Both the position numbers and the translations under genes were made by a program. DNA of 39,462 bases, from assembly GCA_039932125.1 (NCBI GenBank), contig JBDTQP010000001.1, positions 1 to 39,462 of the forward strand, in the 5' to 3' direction. This document shows, piece by piece, positions 18,366-26,459 of this stretch (positions are counted from its first letter, which is position 1; each line of letters opens with the position of its first letter). The stretch is from Gemmatimonadota bacterium. GTDB taxonomy: Bacteria > Gemmatimonadota > Gemmatimonadetes > Gemmatimonadales > GWC2-71-9. The notes below the pieces were generated by a model. That model was not told the DNA's origin and did no database searches. It saw nothing but the letters and a program-made list of their open reading frames with translations.

Positions 18366-19175
18366 ATGACGGAAAAGCGACCCCGGTCGATTCTCGATCT
18401 GATCACGATGAAACGCGAAGGCAGGAAGATCGTGGTCCTGACGGCATACGATGCGCTCTTCGCCCGGCTGCTGGTGCAGGCGGAAGTAGACGTTCTGCTG
18501 GTTGGGGATTCGGTGAACCAGGTCGTCGCGGGGGCGGACACGACGCTGAGTGCCACGCTCGACCAGATGATCTATCATGGAAAGGCGGTATGCCGCGGGA
18601 GTGGCGAGGCGCTGGTTTTCATCGATCTTCCTTTTCTGACGTACCAGGTGTCCATCCCTGATGCGATTCGAAACGCCGGCCGGGTGATGCAGGAGACGGG
18701 AGCGCAGGGCGTAAAGCTGGAGGGTGGCGCTCACATGGCCCCGACCGTCCGGGCGCTGGTCGAGGTGGGAATTCCCGTGATGGGACACGTGGGTCTTACC
18801 CCGCAATCCGTGCATGCGCTCGGCGGTTATCGCGTTCAGGGCCGCGAACCCAAGGCTGCCGAGCGCATGCTGGAAGACACGAGAGCGCTGGAAACCGCGG
18901 GGGCATGCGCGATCGTCCTCGAACTGGTGCCCGCGCCACTTTCAGCCCGCATCAGTGCCGCGCTGACGGTGCCCACCATTGGCATCGGAGCAGGCGCCGG
19001 ATGCGATGGACAGGTCCTGGTCACTCCAGACATGCTGGGACTGAATGACACCTTCAGTCCCAAATTCCTGAAACACTATGCTCGCATGGCGGAGGACGTG
19101 CGTCAGGCGGCTCGATCTTTCGCGGCCGACGTTCGAAACGGCACCTATCCCGGAAACGAACACAGTTTTGATTGA
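18366..19175 (+). CDS. panB: 3-methyl-2-oxobutanoate hydroxymethyltransferase
   Basis: VVLTAYDA, LLVGDS, VKLEGG and GIPVMGHVGLTPQS motifs. Confidence 0.9.
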   Translation: MTEKRPRSILDLITMKREGRKIVVLTAYDALFARLLVQAEVDVLLVGDSVNQVVAGADTTLSATLDQMIYHGKAVCRGSGEALVFIDLPFLTYQVSIPDAIRNAGRVMQETGAQGVKLEGGAHMAPTVRALVEVGIPVMGHVGLTPQSVHALGGYRVQGREPKAAERMLEDTRALETAGACAIVLELVPAPLSARISAALTVPTIGIGAGAGCDGQVLVTPDMLGLNDTFSPKFLKHYARMAEDVRQAARSFAADVRNGTYPGNEHSFD

Positions 19176-19180
19176 GAGTC

Positions 19181-20035
19181 ATGGAAGAATTCACCTCGCC
19201 TGACCAGCTTCGGGCCTGGGTCAGGGCACGAAGAGACGAGGGCCAGCGGATTGGATTTGTCCCCACGATGGGCTTCCTCCACGAAGGACATCTGTCGCTC
19301 GTCACCGCAGCCAGGCAGCGGGGGGAAGCCATCGTCATGAGCATCTTCGTCAACCCGCTACAGTTCGGGCCCAACGAAGACCTGTCCCGCTATCCTCGTG
19401 ACCTGGAGCGGGATCGCGCGCTCGCGCAGCGTTCCGGCGTGGATGCGCTGTTCGTTCCCTCTGTCGAAACGATGTATCCCCACGGTTCGGAAACCCGCAT
19501 CATCCCGGGTGAAACCGCGTCGCGGTGGGAAGGCGCGGCGCGGCCCGGACATTTTGCGGGCGTGCTCACGGTCGTGGCCAAGCTGTTCAACCTGGTGGTT
19601 CCCGATGTCGTGTGCTTCGGACAGAAAGACATGCAGCAGGCGCTGCTCATCCGGCGGATGCTTCGGGACCTTGACTGGCCCATCGATTTCGTGATTGTAC
19701 CGACGGTGCGCGAGGCCGATGGATTGGCACTCAGCAGTCGCAACGTCTATCTCAAGAATGGTGCGCGTGAGCAGGCGCTCTCGCTGAGTCGCGCGCTGGC
19801 AAAGGCCGCGGAGTGCTGGCTGGCGGGTGAGAAGAGTGCCTCCCGAATCCGGAGTGCCATGGAAAGCGTGTTCCACATGTTTCCCGCTATCGGCGTAGAG
19901 TATATTGCGATCGCCGAACCTGAATCCATGCAACCGGTCGACACGGTCGACGCCTGGACGGTTGTTGCGGTGGCCGCCCGGGTCGGTACGACTCGCCTGA
20001 TCGACAATATCGTTCTAGGCCAGGGAGTCCGATGA
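19181..20035 (+). CDS. panC: Pantoate--beta-alanine ligase
   Basis: IGFVPTMGFLHEGHLSL (HxGH-type nucleotidyltransferase motif), FVNPLQFGPNED and FGQKD. ATG 19181 chosen; a TTG at 19172 overlapping the panB stop is the alternative. Confidence 0.9.
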   Translation: MEEFTSPDQLRAWVRARRDEGQRIGFVPTMGFLHEGHLSLVTAARQRGEAIVMSIFVNPLQFGPNEDLSRYPRDLERDRALAQRSGVDALFVPSVETMYPHGSETRIIPGETASRWEGAARPGHFAGVLTVVAKLFNLVVPDVVCFGQKDMQQALLIRRMLRDLDWPIDFVIVPTVREADGLALSSRNVYLKNGAREQALSLSRALAKAAECWLAGEKSASRIRSAMESVFHMFPAIGVEYIAIAEPESMQPVDTVDAWTVVAVAARVGTTRLIDNIVLGQGVR

Positions 20036-20165
20036 TCACTCGAGCAACCCTGCTGGCGCTCTGCACTCGCTCCACTCAGCGGCCCGGGCATTGAGCACCG
20101 GCGAGCCGCGGCAACCCAGACCCACACCGCCGGAACTCCGGCCAACGATTCCCGGGTGGGCCATC

Positions 20166-20693
20166 ATGACCGCCGAGCGGGTGGCGCATGTGCATCGCGT
20201 CGCGCTGCTCATTTCGGACTGGGCGGAAGAGCTCGGTGTTCCTGACTCTGAACGGAACCGGTGGTTGCGGGCGGCCTGGCTGCATGACGCCCTTCGTGAC
20301 GCCACGGAAGAAGACCTGGTGCGCTGGGCGCCTTCGTCGACCGGACCAGTAGAGCTCCGGCACGGGCCGGCAAGCGCGGCCCGCGCCAAGGGTGAGGGAG
20401 AGGTGGATCGCGGTGTTCTCGATGCCGTGCGGTACCACTCGGTGGGGCTGGCTGAATGGGATATGGTCGGCCGGATTCTTTACTGCGCGGATTACCTCGA
20501 GCCTGGCCGCGCGTTTGACGTGGAGCCTCGTGCTGAACTTGCCGCCCGGCTTCCCCGCGATCTTACCGGCGTGCTCCACGAAGTTGCTCGCCGGCGGCTG
20601 CTGCGACTGGTAGAAAACGCCTGGACCATCCCCGAACCTACGTATCGCTTCTGGAACAAACTGTGCGCTCGCGAATCGCGCGTATCGGGCTGA
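20166..20693 (+). CDS. YqeK-family HD-domain phosphohydrolase (putative Ap4A hydrolase)
   Basis: Collinear with Bacillus YqeK as recalled from memory: HVHRV, WLHDALR (HD), VLDAVRYHSVG and ILYCADYLEPGRAF. Start uncertain: ATG 20166 is preferred over TTG 20091, whose extension is Pro/Arg-rich. Confidence 0.7.
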   Translation: MTAERVAHVHRVALLISDWAEELGVPDSERNRWLRAAWLHDALRDATEEDLVRWAPSSTGPVELRHGPASAARAKGEGEVDRGVLDAVRYHSVGLAEWDMVGRILYCADYLEPGRAFDVEPRAELAARLPRDLTGVLHEVARRRLLRLVENAWTIPEPTYRFWNKLCARESRVSG

Positions 20694-21082
20694 TTGCCGC
20701 TGGTGCTCTTCTCCTCGTGACTGGAGTTGTGCTCGCCGCTCGTCTCAAGCGCGACCAGGTGCCCGGACACGCCTACGCTGTTCCTTCGGCTGACAATCGG
20801 ATCATCATTGAAGTCATGAACGGCACCGGCCGGCAGGGGCTGGGGAGAACTGTCACCAGGATCCTGCGGCAGCAGGGACTGGACGTTGTCCTCTTCGGCA
20901 ACGCCGACAGCACCGATTCCACTCGCATCGTGGTTCGCCGGGGAGACCGCAAGGCCGCCGAAACGGTGGCCAGAGCACTGGGGACGGGACAGGTGATCGA
21001 GCAGATCGATACGCTTCGGCGGGTTGATGTCAGCGTCATACTCGGATATGACTACAAGCCCGCAGGTGAGATCCATCCCTGA
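20663..21082 (+). CDS. Membrane-anchored LytR_C (LytR/CpsA/Psr C-terminal) domain protein
   Basis: 139 aa with a GTG start. One N-terminal TM helix (IGLIAAGALLLVTGVVLAA) followed by IIIEVMNGTGRQGLG...VDVSVILGYDY, typical of LytR_C. Confidence 0.65.
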   Translation: MRSRIARIGLIAAGALLLVTGVVLAARLKRDQVPGHAYAVPSADNRIIIEVMNGTGRQGLGRTVTRILRQQGLDVVLFGNADSTDSTRIVVRRGDRKAAETVARALGTGQVIEQIDTLRRVDVSVILGYDYKPAGEIHP

Positions 21083-21104
21083 GACGCAGGCCCGTGCTTC
21101 CGAC

Positions 21105-22412
21105 TCACCCGGGCTCGACCAATCCAATTACCAGGTCCATCACATTGGTGCCAGTCAGCCCCGGCTTGAAGAGCGCGTGCGCACTCTCAAGTGCTCGGTA
21201 GGAATCGTGCGCGGCAAGGCTATCGCCCGGGTCAAGGCCGGCCCGGCGAATCAGGCCGACCGTTTCACCATCAATGATTGCACCGGCCGCGTCGGTCGGT
21301 CCGTCACGACCATCGGTCCCTGCGGCCAGGAGAGTAATTCGACGGTTGCCGGTATCTGACAGGTGGAGGGCTGCAGCAAGTGCCAGGTGCTGGCAGCGCC
21401 CGCCCGCTCCCGGTTCGTCTTTGCTGCTGGCCGGCAGCGTGACGGTTGTCTCACCACCCCATAGGACGATGTGAGGCCGGTCGGAAGCGATGCGGTCCAG
21501 TTGCCTCGCGATCGCATGGCCCTGCCTGCCTGCATCACCAGTAAGTGTCCCGCCGATAGTTGCCTGGCATCCTGAAGATTCAGCCCGGACTCGAGCGCCT
21601 TCGAGAGCGGTATGGTTCCCGGCAATTATGGTGTAGCTGACGTTGTCGAAGATGGCATCACCGAGCTTCGGAGTTTCGGGAAGCTGGCCGGATTCAACCG
21701 CGCCGAGATATCGATCAAGCGATGGCCCGATGTGCGCGACACCCAGCGATTCCATCATTATGGCTCGCACCTCCGCCGCCAGGGTGGGGTCGGGACTCAG
21801 CGGGCCGGATCCGATACTGGCGGGTTCATCACTGGAAACATCGGAAATCGCAAAGACTCTGGTGACCGCCGGCGCGATTGCAGCCGCCATCCGTCCAGCG
21901 CTCCACCGGCTGAATCGTTTCCGAACACGATTCACGCGGTGAATATCCAGCCCCGAGCCGAGCAGGATGCGGTACAGCTCCACCAGCTCGTCCTGGGCGA
22001 CGTGATCAACTGGAGAAGCGATGAGGCTGCTCGCGCCGCCGGACAGAAGAACCCAGACCTCGTCATCCTGATTGACTGACCGAAGATATTGCTCGAGCGC
22101 TGACGCGGCCGCAAGCGAAGCGGCTCCGGGAATCGGATGGTCACCGATTACGCTTTTGATCGTCAGCCCCGGACCGGCGGCGCTTACGCCGATAGCGATG
22201 CCGCCTTCCGGCGCGCGGCCGAGGCCACCAGCAAAGTCGCATGCTGCTCGTGCCATGGAGGATGCCGCTTTTCCGATAGCAATGACATGGAGCCTTGACG
22301 GGCGTGAATCAATGATGTGTGCCAGGGCGCGAGACATCGCGCGCCCCGGCTCGACGGCCGCCACCGCCGCCCGGTAGACCTCTTCCAGCAACTCCCTCGT
22401 CGAGGTGATCAT
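21105..22412 (-). CDS. Glycerate 2-kinase / TtuD-type protein (DUF4147 + MOFRL architecture)
   Basis: 435 aa. N-terminal HVIAIGKAASSMA and LLSGGASSL. C-terminal GGETTVTL...GGRCQHLALAAA...LLAAGTDGRDGPTDAAGA and TGTNVMDL, characteristic of the MOFRL glycerate kinase family. Confidence 0.8.
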   Translation of the reverse strand: MITSTRELLEEVYRAAVAAVEPGRAMSRALAHIIDSRPSRLHVIAIGKAASSMARAACDFAGGLGRAPEGGIAIGVSAAGPGLTIKSVIGDHPIPGAASLAAASALEQYLRSVNQDDEVWVLLSGGASSLIASPVDHVAQDELVELYRILLGSGLDIHRVNRVRKRFSRWSAGRMAAAIAPAVTRVFAISDVSSDEPASIGSGPLSPDPTLAAEVRAIMMESLGVAHIGPSLDRYLGAVESGQLPETPKLGDAIFDNVSYTIIAGNHTALEGARVRAESSGCQATIGGTLTGDAGRQGHAIARQLDRIASDRPHIVLWGGETTVTLPASSKDEPGAGGRCQHLALAAALHLSDTGNRRITLLAAGTDGRDGPTDAAGAIIDGETVGLIRRAGLDPGDSLAAHDSYRALESAHALFKPGLTGTNVMDLVIGLVEPG

Positions 22413-22478
22413 GGCTCCAAGTTCCGCCCGGTCGAACCCTGAGGCAAGGGCAATGGCTCGTCACCCCGAGGTCTTTTG

Positions 22479-23459
22479 ATGCCTGCCACCGCGAAGCGTC
22501 CGGTCGTCATCGTGACGCGGCGTCTGCCTGACGCCGTGGAAAGCCGCCTGCAGGAGCTTTTCGATGTCAGACTGAATGACTCGGACAGGCCCTTCAGCGC
22601 GGAGGAGCTTGCCGAAGCCATGGGTACGGCAGATGGCGTGCTCTGTACCGTGAGCGATCCCATCACCGCGGCGATCTTTGCGGGGGGATCGCGGGTGAGA
22701 ATTCTCGCCAACTTTGGCGTCGGCTACAATCACATCGACGTGGACGCGGCGAGGCGGGCAGGCGTGGTCGTCACCAACACACCAGGGGTTCTCACCGAGG
22801 CCACGGCAGACATCGCAATCGCTCTCATGCTGATGGTCGCGCGCAGGCTGGGGGAAGGGGAGCGCGAGCTGCGAGCCGGCCAGTGGAGCGGCTGGCGACC
22901 GACTCATATGCTCGCTTCCGATGTTGCGGGGCAGATACTCGGGATTGTGGGACTGGGGAGAATCGGGAAAGCGGTCGCAAAGAGGGCCCATGCGGGCTTC
23001 GGCATGCAGGTGCTGAGCTACACTCCGCGCCCCGTGAGCGAGGCTGACGCCGCGCTGCTGGGCGTGCGTCAGGTCCGGACACTCGCCGAGCTACTCGGCG
23101 CGGCAGACTTCGTGTCGCTGCATTGTCCGGTGGCGCCGGAGACTAAGCACCTCATGAACCTGGCGAGGCTACGCCAGATGAAATCCACTGCCTATCTCAT
23201 CAACACGGCGCGAGGCGACGTGGTCGACCAGGAGGCGTTGATCAGGGTACTTGAAGAAAGAACAATCGCCGGAGCTGGCCTGGATGTGTACGAAGGCGAG
23301 CCGTCAGTTCCTGAGCCTCTCAAGCATATGGAGAACGTGGTTCTTCTCCCACACCTTGGGAGCGCCACACTGACGACACGGGAAGCGATGGGAATGAAGG
23401 CTGTTGAGAATCTGCGAAGTTACTTCGACAGCGGGGTCGCGCCGGATCGAGTTGGATGA
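22479..23459 (+). CDS. D-isomer-specific 2-hydroxyacid dehydrogenase (glyoxylate/hydroxypyruvate reductase-like)
   Basis: Rossmann motif GIVGLGRIGKAVAKRA, the catalytic region NTARGDVVD and HLGSAT. Divergent from the glycerate kinase gene. Confidence 0.85.
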   Translation: MPATAKRPVVIVTRRLPDAVESRLQELFDVRLNDSDRPFSAEELAEAMGTADGVLCTVSDPITAAIFAGGSRVRILANFGVGYNHIDVDAARRAGVVVTNTPGVLTEATADIAIALMLMVARRLGEGERELRAGQWSGWRPTHMLASDVAGQILGIVGLGRIGKAVAKRAHAGFGMQVLSYTPRPVSEADAALLGVRQVRTLAELLGAADFVSLHCPVAPETKHLMNLARLRQMKSTAYLINTARGDVVDQEALIRVLEERTIAGAGLDVYEGEPSVPEPLKHMENVVLLPHLGSATLTTREAMGMKAVENLRSYFDSGVAPDRVG

Positions 23460-23462
23460 GGA

Positions 23463-23486
23463 TGAGCGTCCGGTACCTGACGCTCA
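23463..23486. terminator. Perfect 8-bp inverted repeat (TGAGCGTC-N8-GACGCTCA) between convergent genes; possible bidirectional terminator
   Basis: Stem 23463-23470 pairs with 23479-23486 and the loop is cggtacct. It lies 4 nt after the dehydrogenase stop and 11 nt from the lipoprotein stop. There is no U-tract. Confidence 0.35.
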
Positions 23487-23496
23487 CCCATCCCGG

Positions 23497-23943
23497 CTAT
23501 TTGATCATAAACTCCTGGCTTCCCGCGACCCGTCCGTTCAGCATCACCTCAACCCGGTACTTACCCATGGGCCAGGCGCTGGGCTTGGTAATGTGAAATT
23601 CGGTGACGGCATCGCTCATGGGCGAAATTGAGCGCGAGGTCGAGTCTACGACCTGGCCGTCCTCGAAGCTCCAGCGTGCGACCAGGGTGGCAGGACCTGT
23701 CCCGCTCGTCGCAACCGATGCGTAAATCGTGTCTCTTCGCGCAAACTCGGTCCCGGAGCCGGTCACCCGCATATCAGAACCAACCGAGCGGCCGACGTCA
23801 ACCGAGTTCACCTGGACTGCCTGGGCCTGGCTCATCGTGGTTGAATCCGCGGCCGGTACATTGGCCTCTTTTTTGTTGCATCCAGCGGTCGCGATAACCG
23901 CAATGGCCAGCATACTCATCACATTTCCTGTGGTGTTTCTCAT
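23497..23943 (-). CDS. Small lipoprotein of unknown function
   Basis: Signal peptide with lipobox IATAGC. ATG 23943 is preceded by GGAGG. The mature part is beta-rich, with no motif I recognise. Confidence 0.6.
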   Translation of the reverse strand: MRNTTGNVMSMLAIAVIATAGCNKKEANVPAADSTTMSQAQAVQVNSVDVGRSVGSDMRVTGSGTEFARRDTIYASVATSGTGPATLVARWSFEDGQVVDSTSRSISPMSDAVTEFHITKPSAWPMGKYRVEVMLNGRVAGSQEFMIK

Positions 23944-24012
23944 CAAATTCCTCCAGTGGAGCGTAACGGTGGTCGGTTCACGGGTCAGAGTCGTCTCGCA
24001 CCTCCTGCCGCC

Positions 24013-24267
24013 TCAGTCCGGGATGTTCAGGACCTGGCCCGGATGAATGAGGTCGGGATTGCTGATCGTCTTTCGGTTCGCCTCATAAATGCGCGGCCAG
24101 AGGCTCGCATCGCCGAGCAGGTGCCTGGCAATTTTTGAAAGGCTGTCGCCTTTGACGACCGTGTATGTTCGCGCCTGCGAAGGTGCGCCGGGAGTATCCG
24201 GTGCGGTCGAGCTGGAACCTGACTGGACATCAGAGAAATCCGCTTTTGGCCTGGTGAAGTCCGACAT
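24013..24267 (-). CDS. LysM domain protein
   Basis: 84 aa. The C-terminal YTVVKGDSLSKIARHLLGD...YEANRKTISNPDLIHPGQVLNIP is a canonical LysM fold signature. No signal peptide. Confidence 0.75.
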   Translation of the reverse strand: MSDFTRPKADFSDVQSGSSSTAPDTPGAPSQARTYTVVKGDSLSKIARHLLGDASLWPRIYEANRKTISNPDLIHPGQVLNIPD

Positions 24268-24451
24268 TCGGAGCCTTTCTTCCGGCAGGATTCGGTTGAA
24301 ATACCTGAGATTATTTTTCGATTCTGGACCGCTGAAGCTATCGCTGGGTGCTGGACCACCCTATTGTTGGGTATTCGGCAGCCGGGCACAGTGATGGGGC
24401 TCACCCATCATTGCCTTCCAACGACATCGGCCTCTTTTCCAGGGAAGCGCG

Positions 24452-25192
24452 TTGATTTCAGCCAACCGGTTCTACCCGGCACTGTTTTCTGTGTTAATCC
24501 TTCTGCTCGGAGTCACGCAGCGGGTGGAGGCCCAGGGGTGCGCTCCAGCGATGGGCAGCAGCCGTATCAATGTGCTCAGCACCAGCGAGAAAGCCGCAGG
24601 CTGGCGGCTTCTTTTTGATGGTGAATCAACGAAGGGATGGCGGGGCTATAGGAAGACGGCCGCACCCGCCGGCTGGAGAGTGGTGGATGGCGCACTCACG
24701 AGGGTCGCGGAAGCTGGTGACCTGGTCACCGAGGAGGAGTTTGGAAACTTCGAGCTCTCGCTTGAGTGGAAAATCATAACCGGCGGAAACAGTGGGGTGC
24801 TATATCGGGTTAGCGAGGCGGCCGATGCGAGCTACGAAACCGGTCCGGAAATGCAGGTGCTCGATGATGCGAACCATCCGGACGGGCAATCTCGCGCGAC
24901 TGCGGCCGGATCAGCATTCGGCCTTTATCCGGCACCAGCCGGCGTCGTGCGTCCGGCGGGACAATGGAACTCGGTCCGGATCGTCGTCACTGGAAACTCA
25001 GTCGAGCACTGGCTCAACGACGTGAAGGTCGTCAGCTATCAGTTGGGCAGTCCCGAATGGTCCGCCAGAGTAGCGGCCAGCAAGTTCCATCAGTGGCCGG
25101 GATACGGGCGGGCCACCCGAGGATACATCGCCCTGCAGGACCACGAAGCACGGGTATCCTTCCGAAACATCAAGATCCGGGTGCTCCCATGA
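24452..25192 (+). CDS. Secreted DUF1080 (3-keto-disaccharide hydrolase family) protein
   Basis: Sec signal ([19 protein letters not shown]). Family landmarks: [51 protein letters not shown] and [17 protein letters not shown]. Confidence 0.8.
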   Translation: MISANRFYPALFSVLILLLGVTQRVEAQGCAPAMGSSRINVLSTSEKAAGWRLLFDGESTKGWRGYRKTAAPAGWRVVDGALTRVAEAGDLVTEEEFGNFELSLEWKIITGGNSGVLYRVSEAADASYETGPEMQVLDDANHPDGQSRATAAGSAFGLYPAPAGVVRPAGQWNSVRIVVTGNSVEHWLNDVKVVSYQLGSPEWSARVAASKFHQWPGYGRATRGYIALQDHEARVSFRNIKIRVLP

Positions 25193-26388
25193 GCGGCATT
25201 CGCCTCAGACTCTCCACCATGATGTTCCTCCAGTACTTCATCTGGGGAGTCTGGTTCGTCACCATGGGGACGTACCTTCTGCAGACGCTCAAATTCACCG
25301 GCCAGCAGGTCGGGCTGGCGTACGGAGCAACCGCCATCGCCGCACTGGTCTCGCCGTTCTTTATCGGGATTGTGGCCGATCGCTTCTTCGCTTCGGAGAA
25401 GCTGCTTGCGGGGCTTCACCTGGCCGGGGGCGTCGCGATGTGGTTTCTCTCCACCCGCACGACGTTCGGGTCTTTCTATCCGGTCCTGATTCTCTACGCG
25501 CTCTGTTACATGCCCACGTTGTCACTTACCAATTCCGTTGCGTTTCACCATGTCGAAGATCCCGGCAAGGATTTCCCGCTGATCCGGGTACTCGGCACGA
25601 TCGGCTGGATCGCTGCCGGTATTCTCGTGGGCAAGGTGCTCCATGCCGATGCGCTCGCGACGCCGATGCGGGTTGCGGCCGGAGCATCCATCGTCATGGG
25701 GATGTTCTCGTTTGTCCTCCCGCACACGCCGCCCCGGTCCGCTGGAGCTCCGTTCAGTGTTCGCGATGCGCTGGGCCTTGATGCCCTGCAGCTCCTCCGC
25801 GACCGGTCGTTTCTCATCTTCGTGATCGGATCGTTTCTCCTCTGCGTGCCGCTTCAGTTTTACTACAGCTTCGCCAATGCCTTCCTGAACGAGATCAGGG
25901 CTCCGGACCCCGCGTTCATCCAGACATTCGGCCAGATGTCGGAGATCGCCTTCATGCTGGCGCTGCCGTTCCTGCTTCGGCGTTACGGGATAAAGGTGAT
26001 CATGCTGGCCGGCATGCTGGCGTGGTCCCTTCGCTACTTCGCGTTTGGATACGGGAATAGCGGCACCGGAATGTGGCTCATCTATCTTGGCATCATCCTG
26101 CACGGCATCTGTTACGACTTTTTTTTCGTGAGCGGGCAGATCTACACCGACCAGCGGGCCGGCCCCCGTATTCGCGCCGCCGCCCAGGGTTTCCTCAACT
26201 TCGTCACCAATGGTCTCGGCTATTTCGCAGGCGCCATTATCTCGGGACGCGTGGTGGAAGCGAATACACTGGGTGAGGGTGTGCACGACTGGCGGCAGAT
26301 CTGGATCGTGCCCGCCATAGGGGCGGCCGTCATTTTCCTGATCTTCGCGGTTCTGTTCCGCCCAAGGGCGGTAGCGCAGGGGAGCTGA
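25189..26388 (+). CDS. MFS permease of the nucleoside:H+ symporter (NupG/XapB/YegT-like) family
   Basis: The N-terminus [33 protein letters not shown]...IVADRF parallels NupG as recalled from memory, with about 12 TM helices. ATG 25189 overlaps the DUF1080 TGA (ATGA). The longer ORF-track start at 24964 is rejected. Confidence 0.85.
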   Translation: MSGIRLRLSTMMFLQYFIWGVWFVTMGTYLLQTLKFTGQQVGLAYGATAIAALVSPFFIGIVADRFFASEKLLAGLHLAGGVAMWFLSTRTTFGSFYPVLILYALCYMPTLSLTNSVAFHHVEDPGKDFPLIRVLGTIGWIAAGILVGKVLHADALATPMRVAAGASIVMGMFSFVLPHTPPRSAGAPFSVRDALGLDALQLLRDRSFLIFVIGSFLLCVPLQFYYSFANAFLNEIRAPDPAFIQTFGQMSEIAFMLALPFLLRRYGIKVIMLAGMLAWSLRYFAFGYGNSGTGMWLIYLGIILHGICYDFFFVSGQIYTDQRAGPRIRAAAQGFLNFVTNGLGYFAGAIISGRVVEANTLGEGVHDWRQIWIVPAIGAAVIFLIFAVLFRPRAVAQGS

Positions 26389-26459
26389 TGATGCCGGCTG
26401 GGTCTCGTTTACAGGGGCACTGAGAACATGCGCAATCACAATGCTGCACGAGGTCGCTC

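Noticed and set aside
20091-20165. 25-codon N-terminal extension of the YqeK-like protein from TTG 20091
   Set aside because: The stretch is Pro/Arg-rich (STGEPRQPRPTPPELRPTIPG) with no counterpart in the YqeK family as I recall it. ATG 20166 gives a family-typical N-terminus. It is kept as an alternative only.
24964-25188. Upstream 75-codon extension of the MFS permease ORF (ORF-track start 24964)
   Set aside because: The extension overlaps the DUF1080 3' end in another frame and is Arg/Pro-rich. The permease homology begins at [17 protein letters not shown], with ATG 25189 in an ATGA overlap with the DUF1080 stop.
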